This document shows, in pieces, positions 1 to 9,548 of a stretch of DNA of 64,000 bases (position 1 is its first letter; the number at the start of each line of letters is the position of its first letter). Source of the stretch: Rhodospirillales bacterium (GTDB taxonomy: Bacteria; Pseudomonadota; Alphaproteobacteria; Bin95); contig JAYQLI010000035.1 in assembly GCA_038143065.1 (NCBI GenBank), forward strand, positions 1,984,894-2,048,893, read 5' to 3'. Both the position numbers and the translations under genes were made by a program. The notes beneath the pieces were generated by a model. It was not told where the DNA came from, ran no database searches, and worked only from the letters and a program-made list of their open reading frames with translations.

Positions 1-1371
1 AGATGCAAACTGCTCTGTTGAAATTGGGCGAATATCAGTATGCCCATCAATGCGAAGAACCCATTCGACCTCTGGAGGAATTGTTGCAATGATTTCCTTC
101 AAGGCAGATGCCAGGGTTTCTATTCGCTTAACGCCTTCGGGGCCTAGGTCCGCTTGAGCCGTTTCAAACAACACTTCTGACTGAAGAACGAAACGGTCGC
201 CTTCGACCCTTATATCTGATCTGTCTTTAACAACCTCACTGACTTTTCCAAAAAATTCAGAACGAAAGCGCCGTAACTCACTAACTTTTGCTGCAAGCGC
301 AGCATTAAGTTTGCCCTCGAGCTGCAATATTGTGGACCCTTGGGTCTTGGCTTGATCCAATGCTTCAGTAAGAGCAGCATTGAGCGCATCTATTTTAAAT
401 TGAAGCTCGGCATTAAGACTGGCCAGAGCCCTTTGTTCAGCCTCCGCATTCCTCTTCGCTGCTTCTAAACCTTGGGCGTCTCGCCTGGCGCCGGCAAGTC
501 CCAACTCTGCAGCCACAGCTGCGTTTTGCAACGCTTCTGCACGGGAGGACATATCAGCTATTTTAGCTTCCAGGCTTACAATTCGATTGCGATATTCAAG
601 CACCACGGCACTACTGGCTGTTTCCTGCTCCTTTAAACGATCTACGAGTGCCGCTGCATTAGCTTCTGCATCACCTTTAGCGGACGTCGCGGCCTCTAGA
701 GCTGCCGCTGCTGTACGAAGTGCCTCCTCGAGTTCGCTGGCCCTCTTGGCGAGAGCATCGCGAGCAGCCTCAGCTCGAGCGGCTCGCTCAATAGCCCTCG
801 ACAGAGTCAGCTCAGCCCGTTCTGTCGTAATAAGATAGGCGGCTTTTGCTTCATTAGCTTCGGACTGCAACGCTTCCAGTGTTGCAGTGAGCCTCGCAAT
901 TTCCGAAGCTTGTATTTCAGCTTTTGCTATCGCCTGGTTATTTATCTCTTGAGCATCTAACAAAGATTTCTCAAGTGTTTGTACTTTATCCAAAAGAAGC
1001 TTCAACTGCTGTTCTACCGCAACCTTTTCTGCACCCTCGCGAGAGAGATCGGCCCGTGCTGCGATTAACGCCTGGGATATATTTTCAGACTCCTTTTCAA
1101 GCGTTGTTAACTGGCTTTGTAGGTCGTTTCTTCGCGCGGTTGCAGCTGCAAGAGCATCTGAGAGATTTGCGCTTTCTTCTATAAGGACAGCAATTTCACC
1201 TTCTGCCGCTGCTAGCGCTTGTTCTCGGCCCGAAAGACGCTCGGAAAGAAAATGCTGCGCTATCGCAAAGACTGACAGAAGAAAAATAACCACCATCAGC
1301 AAACTGGCTAAAGCATCAACAAACCCTGGCCAAAGGTCCTGGCGTACAACGCGTCCGCGGCGGGAACGCAT
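1..1371 (-). CDS. MotB/OmpA-family peptidoglycan-binding membrane protein with long coiled coil (3' end runs off the window)
   Basis: Not in the ORF track. Translated by hand from ATG at 1371: N-terminal TM WPGFVDALASLLMVVIFLLSVF with MotB-type Asp, then Ala/Glu-rich coiled coil, then OmpA-like motif WVLRIDGHTDIRPI. The start overlaps the upstream stop. Confidence 0.85.
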   Translation of the reverse strand, partial: MRSRRGRVVRQDLWPGFVDALASLLMVVIFLLSVFAIAQHFLSERLSGREQALAAAEGEIAVLIEESANLSDALAAATARRNDLQSQLTTLEKESENISQALIAARADLSREGAEKVAVEQQLKLLLDKVQTLEKSLLDAQEINNQAIAKAEIQASEIARLTATLEALQSEANEAKAAYLITTERAELTLSRAIERAARAEAARDALAKRASELEEALRTAAAALEAATSAKGDAEANAAALVDRLKEQETASSAVVLEYRNRIVSLEAKIADMSSRAEALQNAAVAAELGLAGARRDAQGLEAAKRNAEAEQRALASLNAELQFKIDALNAALTEALDQAKTQGSTILQLEGKLNAALAAKVSELRRFRSEFFGKVSEVVKDRSDIRVEGDRFVLQSEVLFETAQADLGPEGVKRIETLASALKEIIATIPPEVEWVLRIDGHTDIRPISTEQFAS

Positions 1372-2547
1372 CAATCGGTCCTGCCGTCCGCATGACCGAT
1401 TAACGTGCGGCCCAGAAGGCGCAGTTCGTTGCGCAATTCCTGTGTTAATTCTGACTGGCCTGCTGTGACCGCTCCACCTAGCCGGGCTAATAATCTCTCA
1501 ATTTGAGCCAGCTGACGACGAGTTTCAGCGTCGATCACAGGATTCGCAAGACGTTCCGTCATTGTCTGTAAAGCTAAAGCTGATGAGTCTTCTCGCTCTG
1601 CCAACAAACCAAGTGCACGCTGTTGCTGTTCCGAAATACGACCCAGGGTTTCAAGGCCATCAGCCAAACTATGAAGCCGGTCCCCCATGGCTGTGAGTAC
1701 CTGGTCTGTCTCACGGCGCTTTTCTTCCGACCGACCCACAAGCCGACGCAAGTCGTCCAGCATCTCTGCTGTCTGCCCCAACAAGGCCTCAACATATGCA
1801 GAGGGCTGCGACGGCCCAATGGCCGCCTGACTCGATAATGCTGGCAAACTTTGAAAAGTAGCAATCGAAGAAAGCCAATCCTCGACCTCGTTATAAAACC
1901 GATTCTGGGCCTGACCTGCCTGAAGGTCCAAAAATCCAAGAGCAAGAGCCCCGCAAGACCAAAGAGAGAGGAGCTAAAGGCTGTGCCCATGCCGTCCAAA
2001 GGCGCGCGAAGCCCCCTCGCAAACTTTCAAAGGTTGTTGCGGCATCTCCTCCTACGTCTAATCCATCGACTACTTGTGAAACAGACCTGACTGTTTCTAA
2101 AAGCCCCCAAAAAGTACCCAAAAGGCCCAGGAAAATTAAAAGCCCAACCAAATAACGCGCTAATTCACGTGCTTCATCTAGCCTGCTTCCCAAACCATCA
2201 AGCAGCGCACGAGCAGATGTTGCATGAAGGCTAACCTTGTCCTCAACTTGCGTTAAGGCGCCGGCAATTGGCGCTAAAAGACGAGGTCCAGGACCTTGTG
2301 GCTCCCGAGTGCCACGCCTTTGAAACCGCTCAATCCACTCCACCTCGTTTTTCAGACTATAAGCCTGTCTCACGCAAACGATGGCACCGACAACAAATAC
2401 GCCGACGATCACCCCATTTAATGCTGGGTTTGCCATAAAAGCTGCAAAAGCAGACCGCCAAGTAACCGCCCCTGCTGCAATTGCCGCAGCCATGAAAAGC
2501 GCCATTCGTAGAAGGAATCTTCCTGGACGTGTCAGGCTGGGGCTCAT
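1371..2547 (-). CDS. MotA/TolQ/ExbB proton-channel family protein with long C-terminal tail (2 probable sequencing frameshifts)
   Basis: Three ORF pieces join: LIFLGLLGTFWGL, then GMGTAFSSSLFGLAG, then FLDLQAGQAQNRFYNEVEDWLS. Breaks at G runs near 2012-2016 and 1949-1952. Confidence 0.85.
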
Positions 2548-3308
2548 GTTTTGGATGCCTCCAAATAAATAACTACCGCATCCCGACTATCATCATTTGA
2601 AACAGGTTTGACTGCAATTGATGAACTCGGGACCCCACTACTAACTAAATATTGATAAACTGCGACCACCCTTGAGAGAGCTTCCTGACGGGCAGAAGCT
2701 TTTTCACTGATGCTGGATCCGCCAAATAAATGGATAGTAAAATTGGACGCTCCCGTGCTGCGCTTAACGACCTGAACGAGAAGTTGCTCGTCATCTCCGT
2801 GGAGTAATTGAATACCTTTGGCAAAAAGTATTTCTGTTTCAAATCTTTCCGATACGGCAGCTAATTTTTGTAAGGGATTTGTAGAGACATCCTCTGTGCT
2901 AATGGGGGTATTTTTATTGGTAGAATCTAGCGTCGATAGATCAGCGACAGGGAACTCTGTGCTTGGCGCCTCGTCTTTTGAGCTTGTCTTAGAAGAAGAT
3001 GGCACCTGCCTTACAGGGGGCAACGGAACCATAACAACTGTCTTTTGGCTCAAAGACGAATTGTGTTTGTTCGAAAAGTCTGGGCGGCGCGGTGGGAAAG
3101 GGGGTAAATCATTGTTGAGCCTCTCGTTGTTATTCGAGAGAGATTTTGCTTCTTTCAAGTTGAGGGCTGGGGCTAACTGACGTTCACTCGCAAGCGCTGA
3201 TGACTGGAGGTAACCACATGGAAGCAGATATAACAGTAAAAACATCCCGCAAAGCTGCCTAAAGCGGGTATTCAATGGGCCCGTGCAATGATGTTTCGAA
3301 CTCATCAT
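2544..3308 (-). CDS. Putative exported protein with low-complexity linker and degenerate OmpA-like C-terminal domain
   Basis: Hydrophobic N-terminal segment, Pro/Ser-rich linker and ALSRVVAVYQYLVSSGVPSSSI (OmpA-like pattern). Stop overlaps the motA-like start. Start position uncertain. Confidence 0.6.
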   Translation of the reverse strand: MMSSKHHCTGPLNTRFRQLCGMFLLLYLLPCGYLQSSALASERQLAPALNLKEAKSLSNNNERLNNDLPPFPPRRPDFSNKHNSSLSQKTVVMVPLPPVRQVPSSSKTSSKDEAPSTEFPVADLSTLDSTNKNTPISTEDVSTNPLQKLAAVSERFETEILFAKGIQLLHGDDEQLLVQVVKRSTGASNFTIHLFGGSSISEKASARQEALSRVVAVYQYLVSSGVPSSSIAVKPVSNDDSRDAVVIYLEASKT

Positions 3309-3386
3309 TTCCAGTTCAATTGCTTAAAGCAAGTTCTACGCCCCCGGATCTTAGCGAAGCTCGAGGCTAACCTCAACTGAGCATGG

Positions 3387-4174
3387 TTAGGCCTGTCTAA
3401 TCGACGTCGATAAAATCTGTCCGTGAAGTTCTCCCGAGGCCGCAACCAATTCGCCAGATTTTAGCCATCCAGCCCCACCGTTCAAATCAGTAATAATACC
3501 ACCTGCTTCTTGCAGGATGATTGAACCCGCAGCGAACTCCCAGGGCTTGAGGCCAACATCGACGTAACCATCAAGTTTTCCCGCTGCTACCTGCACCAAA
3601 CTAATAGAAGCTGTACCCACGATTCGTATTGTACAACTTTGGGCTAGCCGATTGAAAATCCCAGACCATTGATCTGGATTATGAGAATCATGAAGAAACG
3701 GTGCTCCCGCAACTAACGCTTCAGAGAGATGCGTTCTCCTCGAAACGCGGATGCGACGGTCATGAAGGTATGCGCCCTCATTGCGTTCAGCCCAAAAAGT
3801 TCATCTGTAACCGGGTTATAAACGACCCCAGCTATAACCTCACGACTTTCTTCCAAAGCGACTGAAACTGCGAATTGAGGCAAACCATGCATGAAATTGG
3901 TAGCGCCATCTATGGGGTCAGCAATAAAGCGGTGAGAGGTATCTGCTCCGATTATCTCATCCAGACCATCCATTAGGACGCCGAAGCGAGGGCGGGCTTT
4001 TTCAAGCTCTTCTTGTAAAATACGAGAAGCTTTTTCGTCTGCCTTTTCGACAAAATCGCGGGGGCCTTTATTCGATGCCTGGAGATGTTCAACCTCTCCA
4101 AAGTCACGAACAACCGCACGTCCAGCCTTTTCAGCCGCACGAATCATCATGGTCATTACAGGTGTGCGGCGCAT
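3387..4174 (-). CDS. suhB: Inositol monophosphatase family protein SuhB (1 probable frameshift; degenerate active site)
   Basis: RDFGEVEHLQ, DPIDGATNF, VAAGKLDGY, KPWEFAAG. Frameshift at the homopolymer near 3795. Lies downstream of efp. Confidence 0.85.
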
Positions 4175-4196
4175 TTTTATCTCTCTAGGGGCGAGA

Positions 4197-4763
4197 CTAG
4201 TCTTTTGCCCGCTCTACATATTCTCGGTTTTCAGTATGAACAACAATGCGTGTGCCAGTAACAATATGAGGAGGCACTGAGATACGCATGCCGTTTTCTA
4301 ACATAGCTGGCTTGTAAGAAGCGCTTGCAGTTTGGCCTTTCACCACTGGATCAGCCTCAACTACCTCTAGGACAACTGTTGTTGGGAGGGTGACCCCAAT
4401 TGGAGTGCCATCAACTGTGTTGATCCGAATAGCCATGCCATCCTGCAAAAAGTCTGCTTTTTCACCGACGGTCTCACCATCCATCGTGAACTGATCGTAA
4501 GTTTCATTATCCATGAAAGTAAACAATTCGCCCTCGCGATAGAGGAATTGAACTTCACGCTCATCGGTATGTAATCGCTCTACTGTATCGCCTGTTCGAA
4601 AACGGACATTAGTTTTGGTTCCCGTCATCACATCGCGCATATCAAGCGCAATAAACGCATTCCCTTTACCGGGTAAGATCAGCTCGTGTTTTATCACCAT
4701 GTAATGGCGATTATCATGCTCAATTGCGTGGCCAGCACGCAGTGTGTTTGCGATGACCTTCAT
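4197..4763 (-). CDS. efp: Translation elongation factor P
   Basis: PGKG loop with the modifiable Lys, KGQTASASYKPA, EYVERA; 188 aa. Confidence 0.97.
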   Translation of the reverse strand: MKVIANTLRAGHAIEHDNRHYMVIKHELILPGKGNAFIALDMRDVMTGTKTNVRFRTGDTVERLHTDEREVQFLYREGELFTFMDNETYDQFTMDGETVGEKADFLQDGMAIRINTVDGTPIGVTLPTTVVLEVVEADPVVKGQTASASYKPAMLENGMRISVPPHIVTGTRIVVHTENREYVERAKD

Positions 4764-4809
4764 AATGGCCCCGTTATATCCGTTTCGAAACTAAATCGAG
4801 GTGCTTCTA

Positions 4810-5871
4810 TCAGTCGTCGACTAAACCCGCAACCGGCGGCGGGTATCGGTGTTCTTGCCCAAAGGGGTCACTAATGACCCAGTCTCCTTTTTCAGACGCC
4901 TGCACATAGCTCGGGGTGAGAGGTGATTTTCCATATCCCCCCGGCACATCTAAAACGTAGGTTGGCTGACAAAGACCTGACACTCTTCCGCGAAGCGCTT
5001 TCATCAGCTCCTGCCCAACCGAAATATCAACACGAAACCGCGCTGTCCCAGGCGCTAAATCCAAATGATGCAGGTAATAAGGCCGAATACGAGAGGCAAC
5101 CAACGCTCGCATCAAATCTTCTAGAGGACCGATCTCAGCATTAACGCCCGCCAACAGCACGGACTGTCCTAACAAAGGAATACCTGCATCAGCAAAAAGT
5201 GCAGCAGCTTTTACTGCTGCTTCAGTAAGTTCACTGGCATGGTTGCAATGAATGGCGACATAAGACGAGAGCCTTCCTGTGCCCTTAACTGCCGCCACCA
5301 ATTCAGGTGAAACTCTGTCAGGGTCTGCAATTGGAACGCGCGTATGGATGCGCAGGATCTTAACATGGGAGATGAACTCCAGCTGCTTGATGATCCTTGC
5401 AAGAATTGACGGCTTCAGCATGAGTGGATCGCCACCAGTCAAAACGACTTCCCAGATCTCCGGGCGGTTGGCGATGTAAGCCACGGCGTCGGAGATCTCT
5501 GTCGGTTTCATAGCTGGAGCGGAACCAACTGTCTCTCTTCTAAAGCAATATCGACAGTATACAGGGCAAACGCTTATTGGTTTGAGTAAAACACGGTCAG
5601 GGTAACGATGTACAAGTCCTGGGGTTGGGCTGTGTGAATCATCACCGATAGGATCAGACAACTCTTCTGGCATTTGTGTGAGTTCATTAATGTCTGGCAG
5701 AAATTGCTTCTTGATTGGTTCACCATAAGCGTCAATCAGTGCTGCCATCACTGGTGTGACCCGAATGGCATAGTGGCGGCCGACTAACTCAGCTTGCTCG
5801 GCGGCTTCGGTATCTATAAGCCCAGCACCGAGCAGTGCTTGAGCAGAAATAAGAGCAGGTTTAGCGTTCAT
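4810..5871 (-). CDS. epmB: Lysine 2,3-aminomutase-like radical SAM protein (EF-P beta-lysylation)
   Basis: CPVYCRYCFRR radical-SAM motif, LTGGDPL, YVLDVPGGYGK. Lies between efp and epmA. Start placed at MNAKP. Confidence 0.92.
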   Translation of the reverse strand: MNAKPALISAQALLGAGLIDTEAAEQAELVGRHYAIRVTPVMAALIDAYGEPIKKQFLPDINELTQMPEELSDPIGDDSHSPTPGLVHRYPDRVLLKPISVCPVYCRYCFRRETVGSAPAMKPTEISDAVAYIANRPEIWEVVLTGGDPLMLKPSILARIIKQLEFISHVKILRIHTRVPIADPDRVSPELVAAVKGTGRLSSYVAIHCNHASELTEAAVKAAALFADAGIPLLGQSVLLAGVNAEIGPLEDLMRALVASRIRPYYLHHLDLAPGTARFRVDISVGQELMKALRGRVSGLCQPTYVLDVPGGYGKSPLTPSYVQASEKGDWVISDPFGQEHRYPPPVAGLVDD

Positions 5872-5897
5872 ACAGCTTTCTATAAGGGGATCTAGCG

Positions 5898-6926
5898 ATG
5901 ACAGGAAGCGCACCCGCCTGGCGGCCCGATAAATTCGAGCACCGTCGCCCCTATCTCATGGCCCGTAATCGCATTTTGAAAGCCATGCGACAGTGGTTTG
6001 ATGATCAAGGTTTTTCGGAGGTAGAGACACCAGCTCTTCAAATATCGCCTGGTATGGAACCGAACTTAAATCCCTTTGAGACCACTCTTGTTGAGCCTGA
6101 TGGCAGGTCTCAAGTGATGGGGCTTCATACAAGCCCAGAATTTGCGATGAAAAAGCTGCTGGCTGCTGGTGCCGGTCCTATTTTCCAAATCGCACGGGTT
6201 TATCGAAACGGCGAACGCTCAGCGACCCACCATCCCGAATTCACGATGTTGGAATGGTATCGTCCCGGCAGTGATTGGAAACAAGGAGCTATTGATACTC
6301 TAAGCCTCCTTAAAATCGCAGCCAAGGCTGCTTTCCCGTTACTTCAATGTGGCAAATTTGATCCCCAGGCGTCAGCTGATTGGTTAAGTGTTTCAGACGC
6401 CTTTCTGGAAAAACTTGGTTTCGATCCATTGCCCTTTCAAAACGATGAGGCCGCTCTGCGCAGTGCCGCTAACACGGCAGGGATAAAAACCGACGAGAGC
6501 GACGACTGGGACGACATTTTTTTTCGTTGTCTTTTAAACCGGATAGAGCCACACCTTGGGACTAATAAACCTTTAGTTTTGCACCACTACCCAGCTCGAA
6601 TGGCAGCCCTTGCGCAGATAGACCCATTAATTCCTCTAGCCGCAGAGCGCTTTGAGGTTTTTGCTGACGGTATAGAGCTTGCTAATGGTTTTGGTGAACT
6701 TACCGACCCCGAAGAATATAAGCGAAGGTTTAATGCAGACCTCAACGCCATAACCGCGAATGGTGAATCACGCAAAATTGATGAAGATTTTCTCAATGCT
6801 ATTGCTCACGGCCTTCCATCAGGTTCAGGGGTTGCAATGGGTTTTGACAGAGCTGTTATGCTAGCAACCGGAGCACGGCACATTGAAGATGTTCTTTGGC
6901 TTCCCGTGGCAAATTCAGCTAAATAG
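5898..6926 (+). CDS. epmA: EF-P lysine aminoacylase (GenX/PoxA)
   Basis: Class II aaRS catalytic domain only: LHTSPEFAMKKLL, HHPEFTMLEWY, ELANGFGELTD, GVAMGFDR. Confidence 0.95.
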   Translation: MTGSAPAWRPDKFEHRRPYLMARNRILKAMRQWFDDQGFSEVETPALQISPGMEPNLNPFETTLVEPDGRSQVMGLHTSPEFAMKKLLAAGAGPIFQIARVYRNGERSATHHPEFTMLEWYRPGSDWKQGAIDTLSLLKIAAKAAFPLLQCGKFDPQASADWLSVSDAFLEKLGFDPLPFQNDEAALRSAANTAGIKTDESDDWDDIFFRCLLNRIEPHLGTNKPLVLHHYPARMAALAQIDPLIPLAAERFEVFADGIELANGFGELTDPEEYKRRFNADLNAITANGESRKIDEDFLNAIAHGLPSGSGVAMGFDRAVMLATGARHIEDVLWLPVANSAK

Positions 6927-7057
6927 GGCACAGTTGTCACATTTTTGCCCAATTAACAGCAATAAAAAGTGCATAAATAGATTGGTGACGAGATGCTCGC
7001 ATCAGTTTAGTCTCTGAAACCGTTCTCAAAGTAACTAACCAAGGTTTCTGAATACCA

Positions 7058-8338
7058 ATGGATCGCCTGCGCATCAGTGGTGGACACTCTCTTGTGGGCG
7101 AAATCCCAATCAGTGGAGCTAAAAATGCTGCTTTGCCCCTAATGGCAGCTGGATTGCTATCAGAGGACGGGCTGACTCTCGCAAATGTGCCTAGCCTAGC
7201 CGACATCGCTTCAATGGCGGATTTGCTAAATGAATTAGGCGCCGAGTTAACCATAAAGCGAGATGACAATAACCAAGGTCAAACCGTCAGAATTCACGCA
7301 CAAGAAATTACTAATATTGAAGCGCCGTATGACATTGTCCGAACGATGAGAGCTTCGGTCCTGGTTTTGGGGCCACTCGTTGCCCGCGCAGGAGAGGCCA
7401 AAGTGTCACTTCCCGGAGGCTGCGCTATTGGCAATCGACCGGTAGACCTGCACTTAATGGCATTAGAGAGCATGGGAGCAAAAATCGAGTTGGAGTCAGG
7501 ATACATCCATGCATTTGCTCCAAAGGGTCTTCATGGCAACCGCATTACATTTCCAACAATTTCGGTGGGCGCAACAGAAAATGCCATGATGGCTGCCGCA
7601 CTTGCCAATGGTGAAAGCACTCTAATCAACGCTGCGCGGGAACCGGAAATCGCGGATCTCGCCAAATGCTTGATCGGTATGGGTGCTGAGATCACTGGCG
7701 CTGGCTCAGATACGATTTATATTCAAGGTAAACCGCGACTAAATCATACAAATCATTCAGTTCTACCAGATCGAATAGAAGCCGGTACGTTTGCAATGGC
7801 AGCAGCGATGACCTCTGGCAATATAGAGCTCCTTGGTGCCAAATTATCCCACATCGAGGCCGCTGCAACCATTTTGAAAGAATGTGGAGTCAACTTAACT
7901 GAGACAGAGCGTGGTTTACGTGTGAGCCGTTTGGGAGACCGATTGGTAGGCGTAGATGTCATGACTGAACCATATCCAGGCTTCCCTACCGACCTACAAG
8001 CCCAGTTTATGGCGTTGATGACCACTGCTGATGGCGCGTCTATGGTCACAGAAACAATTTTTGAGAACCGGTTTATGCATGTGCCTGAACTTACACGCAT
8101 GGGTGCAAACATTAATGTTCACGGATCCTCAGCAATGATCCGCGGCACTTCCAACCTGAAAGGTGCGCCCGTGATGGCGACAGACTTACGGGCTTCTGTA
8201 AGTCTTGTTCTCGCGGGATTGGCGGCCGAGGGCGAGACTATCGTCAATAGAATTTATCATCTGGACCGCGGATATGATCAGGTAGAAAACAAACTAAAAG
8301 CTTGTGGGGCGGAAATTAGGAGGGAGAAAGAAGCATAA
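7058..8338 (+). CDS. murA: UDP-N-acetylglucosamine 1-carboxyvinyltransferase
   Basis: SGAKNAALP, LPGGCAIGNRPVDLH, PGFPTDLQAQ, HLDRGY. Confidence 0.98.
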   Translation: MDRLRISGGHSLVGEIPISGAKNAALPLMAAGLLSEDGLTLANVPSLADIASMADLLNELGAELTIKRDDNNQGQTVRIHAQEITNIEAPYDIVRTMRASVLVLGPLVARAGEAKVSLPGGCAIGNRPVDLHLMALESMGAKIELESGYIHAFAPKGLHGNRITFPTISVGATENAMMAAALANGESTLINAAREPEIADLAKCLIGMGAEITGAGSDTIYIQGKPRLNHTNHSVLPDRIEAGTFAMAAAMTSGNIELLGAKLSHIEAAATILKECGVNLTETERGLRVSRLGDRLVGVDVMTEPYPGFPTDLQAQFMALMTTADGASMVTETIFENRFMHVPELTRMGANINVHGSSAMIRGTSNLKGAPVMATDLRASVSLVLAGLAAEGETIVNRIYHLDRGYDQVENKLKACGAEIRREKEA

Positions 8339-8787
8339 TGTCTTATCCCATCCGCCCACTCCGCTTATTTGCAAAAGATGAAACCGACTTAACGATTATG
8401 GCTACTTGTTTACAGGATGCGATAATTCCAGTTGGAGATATCGCCTGGCTAAAAAGCAAAAACGAATTCGCGCTCGCCTTTAACCGGTTTATGTGGGAAG
8501 CAAGTGGAGAGGTTTTGGACAACAGTCCTGTTTATTTCCGAACACATAGTTTGCTAAAGATTGAAAATGTCATCAACGTCCAATCACGCTCATTAAACCT
8601 GCAAAATCGATCAGAAATTCTTTCCATGATGAGCTTGAAAACTTTTGATAAGGGTGTCGATCTATTGTTTTCGGAAGATAAAGCTATCCGAATACAGGTC
8701 GAAAAGCTCAATCTTGTATTAACTGACATGGGCCAACCCTGGCCAACTCGCTGGCAACCCAATCATCCAGAAGAAAACTCGGCCTAA
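8338..8787 (+). CDS. DUF2948 family protein
   Basis: LRLFAKDETDL..CLQDA, NRFMWE, DMGQPW; typical position right after murA. Confidence 0.85.
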   Translation: MSYPIRPLRLFAKDETDLTIMATCLQDAIIPVGDIAWLKSKNEFALAFNRFMWEASGEVLDNSPVYFRTHSLLKIENVINVQSRSLNLQNRSEILSMMSLKTFDKGVDLLFSEDKAIRIQVEKLNLVLTDMGQPWPTRWQPNHPEENSA

Positions 8788-8798
8788 GGAAACTCAAT

Positions 8799-9539
8799 AT
8801 GATTAATCTAAGTAATAAAAAAGCATTCGTAACTGGCGCCGCCTCCGGAATTGGCCGAGCAACTGCTACAACGCTAGCCGAAGCTGGTGCTTACGTTATC
8901 GCGACAGACATTGATGAATCCGCAGGCGCTAAGTTAGCCGAGGATTTGAAAAGTGGTGAATTCAGAACCTTAGATGTGACGGATCCAGACGCCATAATTG
9001 CTTGTGCAAATCAACTAACAAATGACCACGGTCCTATGGACATAATTGTAAACGTAGCAGGTTGGGACAAAACCGAGCCATTCATGGAGAATTCACCTGA
9101 GTTTATTGAGAAGATTGTTCAACTAAATTATCTCGGCCAGGTGCGGGTTTGCCAGGCATTGTTGAAACCAATTATTGAAGGTGGAAAGGGTGCTAAAATC
9201 GTTAATGTGTCGTCTGATGCAGGCAGGGTTGGCTCGATGGGGGAGACTGTTTACGCCGGCGCAAAAGGCGGTGTAATTGCTTTTTCAAAGTCACTCGCTC
9301 GCGAAATGGCCAGGCACGGCGTTTGCGTGAATGTTGTGGCGCCAGGGCCAACTGATACACCCTTGTTTCAGGGGCAAAATGAGCGCCTGAAAGAAGCATT
9401 GCTTCGCGCAATTCCGTTTCGAAGGTTAGCTCAGCCTCAGGATATTGCAGATGGGATACTTTATTTTGCAAGCAACCGTGCCGATTATGTCACCGGGCAA
9501 GTGTTAAGCGTTTCAGGCGGCCTTACAATGCACGGTTGA
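8799..9539 (+). CDS. SDR oxidoreductase (2-hydroxycyclohexanecarboxyl-CoA dehydrogenase BadH-like)
   Basis: TGAASGIG, NVAGWD, SSDAGRVGS, YAGAKGG, PGPTDTPL. Confidence 0.85.
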   Translation: MINLSNKKAFVTGAASGIGRATATTLAEAGAYVIATDIDESAGAKLAEDLKSGEFRTLDVTDPDAIIACANQLTNDHGPMDIIVNVAGWDKTEPFMENSPEFIEKIVQLNYLGQVRVCQALLKPIIEGGKGAKIVNVSSDAGRVGSMGETVYAGAKGGVIAFSKSLAREMARHGVCVNVVAPGPTDTPLFQGQNERLKEALLRAIPFRRLAQPQDIADGILYFASNRADYVTGQVLSVSGGLTMHG

Positions 9540-9548
9540 TTTTGCTCA

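Noticed and set aside
1-2547. Zorya anti-phage system or flagellar stator
   Set aside because: No ZorC/D/E, defence-island or flagellar context is visible, and the pair sits among housekeeping genes. Kept only as an orphan motor finding.
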